Assembly (NCBI GenBank): GCA_963751775.1
Contig: CAVVVW010000014.1
Coordinates: forward strand, 1-24,000
Origin: an uncultured beta proteobacterium
GTDB taxonomy: Bacteria > Pseudomonadota > Gammaproteobacteria > Burkholderiales > Burkholderiaceae_C
DNA length: 24,000 bases
Reading direction: 5' to 3'
In this document: in pieces, positions 7,182-12,813 of the stretch
How positions within the stretch are numbered: position 1 is the first letter of the stretch
Layout: every line of letters begins with the position of its first letter
Translations under genes and position numbers: made by a program
Notes under the pieces: model-generated
Databases searched by the model: none
Seen by the model: the letters and a program-made list of their open reading frames with translations, nothing else
What the model was told of the DNA's origin: nothing

Positions 7182-7562
7182 GACAGCGCTGTAGCCAACT
7201 GCGGGCTTGTACTCGCCAATCTGGCGTCGCAGCGACTCGATGGCAAGAACGATGGCGCGCGACGCCAGCGCATACGGAGTTCCGGCGCCCAGCATCTGCT
7301 CGGCTTCGGCGTAGCTGCGGGCGTTGATCATGGCGGCCACGTCGGCGGCGCGGCGGTGAAATCTTGCGTGCGCAACCAGGCACTCCTCATGTGCGGGCAG
7401 CGCGCCATATCTTGACTTGGACGGGCCGTGCAGCCAGCGTCCAAGCTCGCAGCACGCGTCGCTCGCTATCGTGTCCAGGTCGAGAGTGGCCTTTTCGGAG
7501 ATCGCCCCGCGCAGCCTGATCTTCCAATCCGTGTGCGCGTTGGTTGCCTCCGTGAAGTTCAT
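7176..7562 (-). CDS. stand-alone CZB (chemoreceptor zinc-binding) domain protein, 128 aa
   Basis: MNFTEATNAHTDWKIRLRGAI...CCELGRWLHG...HEECLVAHARFH shows the H-x3-W...C-x-LG-x-WL...H-x3-H CZB pattern. The ATG at 7562-7560 was verified. Confidence 0.8.
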   Translation of the reverse strand: MNFTEATNAHTDWKIRLRGAISEKATLDLDTIASDACCELGRWLHGPSKSRYGALPAHEECLVAHARFHRRAADVAAMINARSYAEAEQMLGAGTPYALASRAIVLAIESLRRQIGEYKPAVGYSAVA

Positions 7563-7614
7563 GATGTGCTTCGCCGTTTGGAGGTGCGTGCGCGGGGGGC
7601 GACGTGATCGCGTG

Positions 7615-8094
7615 TCAGTAGGGAAGGCAGTTCTTGTGAACGAATTTCCACGTCCCGTCGACAAACAAGGCTTTGAGGTCGTCGTCTGGATAACTCCCTA
7701 CGTCTCCCGGCGTTCTATCGCCGACCTCGAGGTAAACAACCTCTTCCGAGGTTTCGTTCATCAGACGGTGACCATTCCCCGTTCCGGCTTTGAAGCCCGC
7801 GCACATGCCTGGCGCCAGGCGAGCGAGACCTTCGTCGGTATGCAGTGTGGGGTGGCCTTGCAGGATGTAGATGAACTCATCCTGCTTGGTGTGGGCGTGG
7901 CGAAGGGCTGAGACCGCACCAGGTTCGAGGCGCGTGAGGTTGACGCCGAAGTTGGTGAGACCGAAGAGATCGCCGAGCGGATGCTTCTGCCTGCCGGACA
8001 TGCGAGAGGCGAACGGCTCGGGGTAACTTGAAGGCTTGACGCGCTTGGGCGCTTCGGCAGCCGTGACCACGGTTGGGTAGGAGTTCTTTGCCAT
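7615..8094 (-). CDS. cupin domain protein, 159 aa
   Basis: ...GVNLTRLEPGAVSALRHAHTKQDEFIYILQGHPTLHTDEG...LAPGMCAGFKAGTGNGHRLMN is a cupin two-motif core. The ATG at 8094-8092 was verified. Confidence 0.85.
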   Translation of the reverse strand: MAKNSYPTVVTAAEAPKRVKPSSYPEPFASRMSGRQKHPLGDLFGLTNFGVNLTRLEPGAVSALRHAHTKQDEFIYILQGHPTLHTDEGLARLAPGMCAGFKAGTGNGHRLMNETSEEVVYLEVGDRTPGDVGSYPDDDLKALFVDGTWKFVHKNCLPY

Positions 8095-8138
8095 GTGAAG
8101 CTCGCGAAGTAGGGCAATGAGGGCTGACGTTTGCCCAT

Positions 8139-8477
8139 TCACTTGGATTTCTTCGCCGGCAAACCGGCCACGTAGCCCACGCACCAGGACACCCACGCCA
8201 GAAGGTCTCGGTCTTCGGCCAACCCCGGTGGGTCGATGTAGACGTAGCCTTTCATCGGTTTGCCGGTGAACTTCATCTCACGCACGTGGGGAAGAGCCAA
8301 GGCATCTTCATATCGCTCGGCGCCCACGCGTGCCATGAGGCTCGCGCCCGATATGCCTACGAACATCTTGCCTTCGACGAGGAATGCGAGCCCGCCGAAC
8401 ATCCTGCGCTCCGACACGAGTTCCCGACCGGCAAGCGCCTCTCGAACACGTTGAGCAAGACCTTCGTCGAATGCCAT
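8139..8477 (-). CDS. TfoX/Sxy N-terminal domain protein, 112 aa
   Basis: MAFDEGLAQRVREAL...ERRMFGGLAFLVEGKMFVGI... is TfoX_N-like. Confidence 0.85.
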   Translation of the reverse strand: MAFDEGLAQRVREALAGRELVSERRMFGGLAFLVEGKMFVGISGASLMARVGAERYEDALALPHVREMKFTGKPMKGYVYIDPPGLAEDRDLLAWVSWCVGYVAGLPAKKSK

Positions 8478-8483
8478 GTTGAG

Positions 8484-8499
8484 CTGCCTAGCTGCCTAG
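8484..8499. repeat. perfect 8-bp tandem duplication ctgcctag x2 at the R' end of the MAPEG attC
   Basis: Read directly: 8484-8491 equals 8492-8499. On the minus strand it duplicates the core-like CTAGGCAG. Confidence 0.9.
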
Positions 8500-8552
8500 A
8501 CGTTGAATTTCAGCCGCCGCCGGAACAGGCCCGCTCGAGCGAGGCCTTAGGC
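8495..8552 (-). other. attC site (~58 nt) of the MAPEG cassette
   Basis: Minus strand: GCCTAAG (R'', 8552-8546, contains the TAA stop)-gcct-CGCTCGAG-cgggcctgttccggcggcggctgaaat-TCAAC-GTCTAGG (R'-like). GCCTA pairs with TAGGC. The TCGAG box and the TCAAC-GT junction are shared with the attC sites at 5617 and 8977. Confidence 0.5.
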
Positions 8553-8942
8553 CGCACCCGCCGCGCGGGAAAGACACCAGACGCCAAACCCGAGCATCGG
8601 TACAAAGGTGAGGATCATTCCGATGGCGCGGGGAAGGCCCCAACCCTTGAGGATGAGTATGGCCGCATGCATGACGCGACCGACGAAAAGTGATGCTCCG
8701 CCAGTCCACAAGAGCCATGCTGGGGCCCCCGTGAGTTCTGCGGCCGCCATTGCCAGCAAGACGATCGGGACAGTTTCCGTGTAGTTTCCGTGCGCCCGCA
8801 TGCGACGCAAGAGCGTCTGGTCGCCGCCGTCAAAGAATTGAATGCCCGTGCGTGCCCGCCTATAGCCAACCATCACGGTGAGCGGAATCTGCAGCACAGC
8901 GAAGGTACCAATGAACAGGGTCGAGGTTGGGATGCCGATCAT
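8547..8942 (-). CDS. MAPEG family membrane protein, 131 aa
   Basis: ...LQIPLTVMVGYRRARTGIQFFDGGDQTLLRRMRAHGNYTETVPIVLLAMAAAEL... is MAPEG-like (RAHxNxxEYxP-type motif). Confidence 0.85.
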   Translation of the reverse strand: MIGIPTSTLFIGTFAVLQIPLTVMVGYRRARTGIQFFDGGDQTLLRRMRAHGNYTETVPIVLLAMAAAELTGAPAWLLWTGGASLFVGRVMHAAILILKGWGLPRAIGMILTFVPMLGFGVWCLSRAAGAA

Positions 8943-8976
8943 GTTTGTACCTCAGTGAGGAGGAGATTGAATGTGT

Positions 8977-9049
8977 GGCCAACGTTCGACGTGAGCCGCA
9001 GCAACAAGCATGCGAAGCGTGCTTGTTGCTGTCGGCTCGATGGAGTGGT
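8977..9049 (-). other. attC of the first (GNAT) cassette, L''-to-R' part, separated from its R'' box by the group II intron
   Basis: Minus strand: ACCACT-CCATCGAG-CCGaCAGCAACAAGCA-cgcttcgca-TGCTTGTTGCTGCGGCTC-ACGTCGAAC-GTTGGCC (R', 8983-8977). A long imperfect hairpin spans 8994-9037 with one extrahelical base and a central GCGAAGC mini-hairpin. Confidence 0.7.
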
Positions 9050-9624
9050 GTGCGCCCAGCATGGGCGCGAACTTATGGGGTGCAAGTCCCCTGTGGGAGT
9101 ACCGACTTGGACTCATCGTGAGCAAGGATAACCACGAGCCGACGGCAAGGGCAAGACCGCGAGGTATTGTCTGGAGGAAGCCCGAGTGCAAGAGGTGCGA
9201 GGCGACGGACAGAAACCGCATACAAGGCCGAGGGCTGCGAGGCGAGCTGGCACATGACAGCAAAGCCCAGCGGTACGCAGCCTACGGTAAATGCGGCGCT
9301 TGTGCACCGACAGTTCGCGTCCCTTACCTGGGGAGATCTGCACCGCGAGCGGTGCGCGTCGATGGTGGCAAAACCCGGATGGTTCACACCGGGACACCAA
9401 GAACCGAGCGCCGCGGCGAGCTGCCCGCTGCGAGCGATGAACAGGCAGCAACCACCATCGAAGCGCACAGCGCGGCACGCGGCAACGCGCGACGTGACGG
9501 CGCAGAAGTCAGCAGACGCCGTAGTAGGCGGCCGGGAGTCGGGCCGCTGAAGGGCTGAACAACAGAGACACAAGGAGCAGACGTTGCCGACCTCGAACGC
9601 ATCGACCAAGCCCGACCGGGCGAG

Positions 9625-10904
9625 ATGCGCGCGGCGGCCGGCACGCACCGAGCCTTGAGACAAGACGAAGCAATCACTGAAGACCTGCTGCAAGCGGTGC
9701 TGGCCAGCGACAACCTGGCGCGGGCGTGGAAACGGGTGAAGGCCAACCGGGGAGCGCCGGGCATTGACGGCGTGACCATGCAGGACTGGCCCGCCCATGC
9801 GCGCGACACACTGGCCGGCGTTGCGAGCGCAGATCGAAGGCAAGGGCGATACCGGCCGCAGGCGGTGCGAAGGGTGCGAGATACCCAAGCCCGACGGCGG
9901 CAAGCGGCATGCTCGGAATTCCCACGGTCACCGACCGTGTGGTCCAGCAAGCCATCGCCCAAGTGCTCACGCCGATCTTCGATCCGACATTCTCGGAATC
10001 GAGCTTCGGGTTTAGACCGGGCCGCAATGCACACCAGGCGATCAGGCAGGTGCAGGCGAGCGTGAAGGCCGGCTGGCGCATCGCGGTGGACATCGACCTG
10101 GCCAAGTTCTTCGACACGGTCAATCACGACGTGTTGATGAGCTTGCTGGGGCGAACGATCCGCGACAAGCGACTGCTGGCTCTGATCGGGCGCTACCTGC
10201 GCGCCGGGGTGCTGGTCGGTGAGCACATCGAACCGAGCGAGGTGGGCACGCCGCAAGGCGGGCCACTGCGCCCATTGCTGGCCAACATCCTGCTGCACCA
10301 GCTCGACCGCGAGTTGGAACGGCGGGGCCACCGCTTCGCGCGCTACGCCGACGACATGATCATTCTTGTCAAGAGCCGACGCGCCGCGCAGCGGGTCATG
10401 CGCAGCATCACGCGATACCTGGAGACGACCCTCAAGCTCACGGTCAACCCTGCCAAAAGCAAGGTCGCGCCGATGAGCGAATGCAGCTTCCTGGGCTTCA
10501 CCATCCAGGGCAAGAAGATTCGCTGGACCGACAAGTCGGCGGCGGAATTCAAGCACCGGGTGCGTGAGCTGACGGGGCGAAGCTGGGGCGTATCGATGGA
10601 CCACCGGCTGCACAAGCTGGGGCAATACCTGCGGGGCTGGACGGCGTACTTCGGCATCAGCCAGTACTACCGCCCGGTGCCCGAACTGGACGACTGGATC
10701 AGGCGACGCATCCGCATGTGCTACTGGAAACAGTGGCGCTGGGTGCGCACGAAGATCAAGCACTTGCTGGCTTTGGGCGTGAGCCTGAAGACGGCGATCC
10801 AGCATGGCGTCAGCAGCAAGAGCTATTGGCACATGGCGCGAACCCCGGCGCTGCAGCAGGCACTGTCCAACGCGTGGTTGAAAGCGCAAGGCTGGTCAGC
10901 GTGA
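9625..10904 (+). pseudogene. group II intron reverse transcriptase/maturase (no endonuclease domain evident), disrupted by four frameshifts in the RT0-RT1 region
   Basis: Frame 1 gives ...LLQAVLASDNLARAWKRVKANRGAPGIDGVTMQDWPAHARD. Frame 2 gives HWPALRAQIEGK. Frame 1 gives GRYRPQAVRRV. Frame 2 gives EIPKPDGGKR. Frame 0 (ORF 9909..10904) gives MLGIPTVTDRVVQQAIAQVL...RYADDMIILV...(X/maturase)...SNAWLKAQGW. The span is 1280 nt (426 codons + 2), consistent with +1, -1, +1, +1. Confidence 0.8.
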
Positions 10905-10978
10905 AGGACAGTGGTGCAAGGCCCAGGGCTACACCACTTGAAGGAACGAACGCTTCGTCGAGCGAGCCGACTTGTTGA

Positions 10979-11047
10979 ACCGCCCACTGCGGACCCGCAC
11001 GGTGGGTGGTGTGGGGGCTGGGGGTCAGAAACCCCCGGCTACCCGAT
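10979..11047 (+). ncRNA. group II intron domains V and VI
   Basis: DV (10979-11010): CCGCCCAC/GTGGGTGG outer helix, TGCG-GACC-CGCA inner helix and tetraloop, and a 2-nt CG bulge on the 3' strand. DVI (11013-11044): GGGGG/CCCCC helix with a bulged A at 11041, 7 nt from the 3' end. Confidence 0.7.
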
Positions 11048-11541
11048 TAGAGCGCATCTGCACCGAGCGCCCGCGCCGGCAGCCAACAGGCCATGCGAGT
11101 GACTTTGCACCCACGGCGCGTGAACTGGCCGGAAATTGGAAAGAAGCCCAATGAGCGGTAAGCGTTCAAGGCGTGCGGCGTGGAGTTGAGCTCAACGGTC
11201 TTCACTTCCGGGAACACCTCTTCTATGTGAGCGCGCGCCGCCTCCCACAGACCTCTGGCCACACCCCGACGCAGATGCCGTGGATGCACAAAGAGCATGC
11301 TGATCAGTGACGGGCGTGGCATAAGGATGAAGCCAACGACCTGTTCTCCTGAAACTTCGGCAGCGGCGAAAGCCGGAGCTTTCAGGAGTTCTGCCATTGC
11401 CTCGGGAGACGTCTCAGCAAGAAGCCGTTCGCTGGCACTCGGCTCCCAGTCAGCTGCGGCCAGTTCACTGAAGCTCTCGTGCACGAGCCGGGAGACTGCC
11501 ACTGCCATCTCTGACGTCGCGGTAACCAGTGTTCGGCTCAT
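11047..11541 (-). CDS. GNAT family N-acetyltransferase, 164 aa (first integron cassette)
   Basis: ...VVGFILMPRPSLISMLFVHPRHLRRGVARGLWEAARAHI...ELNSTPHALNAYRSLGFFP shows the GNAT motifs. The TAA stop lies in the attC R'' box and is regenerated at the intron junction (TA from the exon; the final A comes from intron nt 11047, or from 9049 if the intron is removed). Confidence 0.85.
   Translation of the reverse strand: MSRTLVTATSEMAVAVSRLVHESFSELAAADWEPSASERLLAETSPEAMAELLKAPAFAAAEVSGEQVVGFILMPRPSLISMLFVHPRHLRRGVARGLWEAARAHIEEVFPEVKTVELNSTPHALNAYRSLGFFPISGQFTRRGCKVTRMACWLPARALGADAL
11048..11054 (-). other. R'' (inverse core) half of the first-cassette attC (restored sequence CTCTAAC), split by the intron
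   Basis: The minus strand reads GCGCTCTA | (intron) | ACCACTCC. The insertion point on the intron strand is GGAGTGGT/TAGAGCGC. Confidence 0.7.
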
Positions 11542-11544
11542 GCG

Positions 11545-11553
11545 CTCTAACTA
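11545..11553 (-). other. attI/first-cassette recombination core (minus strand TA-GTTAGAG) immediately upstream of the GNAT ATG
   Basis: The minus strand reads ...(IS)cacTAGTTAGAGCGCATG. GTTAGAG fits GTTRRR. It is the reverse complement of the R'' CTCTAAC of the same cassette, as expected for a circularisable cassette. Confidence 0.65.
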
Positions 11554-12660
11554 GTGGACTGTAACGTTTAAATAGGAAGTATCATCGTGCCTGTGGAGGG
11601 CGCGATGGAACTGACCAAGACCGAACTCATGGAACTGCAGCGACAAGCCAGTGCGAGGAACGGTCGAGCCGATGCGGCGCGACACGCTCGACTGATCCTG
11701 CTGTTGGCCGATGGACTGACGTGGGCCGAGATTCGCGCCAAGCTCGACTGCAGCGACAGCTACATCGATCGCTGGAGCAAGCGCTTTGCCGCCGATCGGC
11801 TGGCCGGACTGTTTGCTCGCCATGCTGGGCGCGAACGCTACAAGGTGACCGATCGCGTCGAGGCGCGCGTGCTGGCCCGCACCACCAAGCGCAAGCCCGC
11901 CGACGGCTCGACGCACTGGTCCTCGCGCAAGCTTGCCGCCGAACTCGGCGGCGACATCTCGCACATGACCGTGGCACGCATCTGGGCCAAGCATGGCATC
12001 AAGCCGCATCGGCTCGAGGGCTATCTCGCCTCCAACGATCCCAGACTTCGAGGCCAAGGCCGCCGACGTCATCGGGCTGTACCTGAACCCGCCGCAGCAC
12101 GCCGCAGTGTTCAGCGTCGATGAGAAGACGGCGATCCAGGCGCTGGACCGCAAGGATCCGGTGCTGCCGTTGTCGCCCGGACGCGCCGAGCGTCATGGGT
12201 TCGAGTACTTCCGACACGGCACGCTGTCGCTGTACGCGGCCTTCAACACCAAGACCGGCGAAGTGCTCGGCAAGACCGCAGCCCGCCACACCTCGGCCGA
12301 GTTCGTGGCCTTCCTCACCGACATCGTGGCCAACCAGCCTCGCGGCAAGGAGATCCACGTCATCGCCGACAACCTCTCGGCGCACAAGACCAAGCAGGTC
12401 GACGCGTTCCTGACTGAGCATCCGCGACGTTCATATGCACTTCACCCCGACCTACTCGTCCTGGCTCAACCAGGTCGAGCTGTGGTTCGCCAAGATCGAG
12501 CGCGACGTGATCGCCCGCGGCGTGTTCACCTCCGTGCCAGACCTCAAGCGAAAACTCATGCGCTACATCCGTCAATACAACAAGCAGCCCAAAGCCCGTG
12601 AAGTGGAAGTACTTCGATCCCACACGGCGCATCACTCCCGATTCAATCGTTACGGCCCAC
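11554..12660 (+). mobile_element. IS630-family insertion sequence (1107 bp) with a TA target duplication in a CTAG site
   Basis: Terminal inverted repeats are GTGGACTGTAACGTTTAAAT (left) and GTGGGCCGTAACGATTGAAT (right, reverse complement), 16/20 identical. TA is present at 11552-11553 and 12661-12662. Removing the IS restores aaCTAGat. There is a single transposase gene. Confidence 0.85.
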
Positions 12661-12663
12661 TAG
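11605..12663 (+). pseudogene. IS630 family transposase (HTH plus DDE), interrupted by three +1 frameshifts
   Basis: Frame 1: MELTKTELMELQRQ...THWSSRKLAAELG...PHRLEGYLASNDP. Frame 2: DFEAKAADVIGLYLNPPQHAAVFSVDEKTAIQAL...IHVIADNLSAHKT...FLTEHP. Frame 0: HFTPTYSSWLNQVELWFAKIERDVI...YNKQPK. Frame 1: VKWKYFDPTRRITPDSIVTAH*. Shifts lie near 12044, 12428 and 12595. 1059 nt = 352 codons + 3 extra nt. Confidence 0.85.
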
Positions 12664-12813
12664 ATATAGACATGTGGTGGTACCGGCCTCAGAGTTGCGT
12701 ATGCAGCCGGCGACTACCGCGATGCTACGCGGCGGCTCCCCTCTGTGGAAGCCCCGAAAACTTCCCACCTTTGGGGGATCGCTCGGCGTCATACGCGGCC
12801 TAAGAATTGGCGG
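12661..12813 (-). promoter_or_regulatory. attI region plus the divergent intI/cassette promoter region (inferred), displaced from its core by the IS630 insertion
   Basis: A 151-bp non-coding spacer lies between the IS target site and the intI ATG, in the position of attI in all integrons. No Pc or PintI hexamers or LexA box could be assigned confidently. Confidence 0.4.

Larger units (their letters stand above)
9050..11047 (+). mobile_element. bacterial group II intron (class C / IIC-attC-like), 1998 bp, with an intron-encoded RT/maturase
   Basis: The 5' end is GTGCG (9050-9054). The RT-maturase ORF lies in domain IV. Domains V and VI fold as expected (next feature) and the 3' end is ...CCCGAT. 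Joining the flanking exons gives GGT/TAGAGC, which restores CTCTAAC (R'') on the cassette strand. Confidence 0.85.

Noticed and set aside
8943-9600. Short ORFs (for example 9010-9558, 8952-9263, 9113-9478) in the gap between the MAPEG gene and the RT ORF
   Set aside because: This region is the structured 5' part (domains I-III) of the group II intron plus attC sequence. The ORFs overlap one another on both strands and have no protein-like features.
9384-10889. 501-aa minus-strand ORF antisense to the intron RT. Similar long antisense ORFs occur at 12643-13572 (over intI), 22245-23792 (over murA), 20360-22090 and 20086-21552 (over M48/LemA).
   Set aside because: No recognisable motifs and strongly Arg/Ala/Pro-biased composition. 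Each lies exactly opposite a gene with clear family signatures. All are treated as shadow ORFs of high-GC DNA.
11047-11049. Possibility that the intron truncated the GNAT gene, with the read-through ORF continuing across the restored exon junction
   Set aside because: After in-silico intron removal the codon at the junction is still TAA (TA from 11049-11048 plus A from 9049). The GNAT reading frame therefore ends at the same place, and the stop simply lies in the attC R'' box.
12661-12680. Possible LexA (SOS) box near the attI/IS junction (ctagatatagacatgtgg), as found in many intI promoters
   Set aside because: The sequence does not fit CTGT-N8-ACAG. The half-sites read CTAG and ACAT/ATGT with the wrong spacing, and the site is ~150 nt from the intI ATG. 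There is not enough support to call it.
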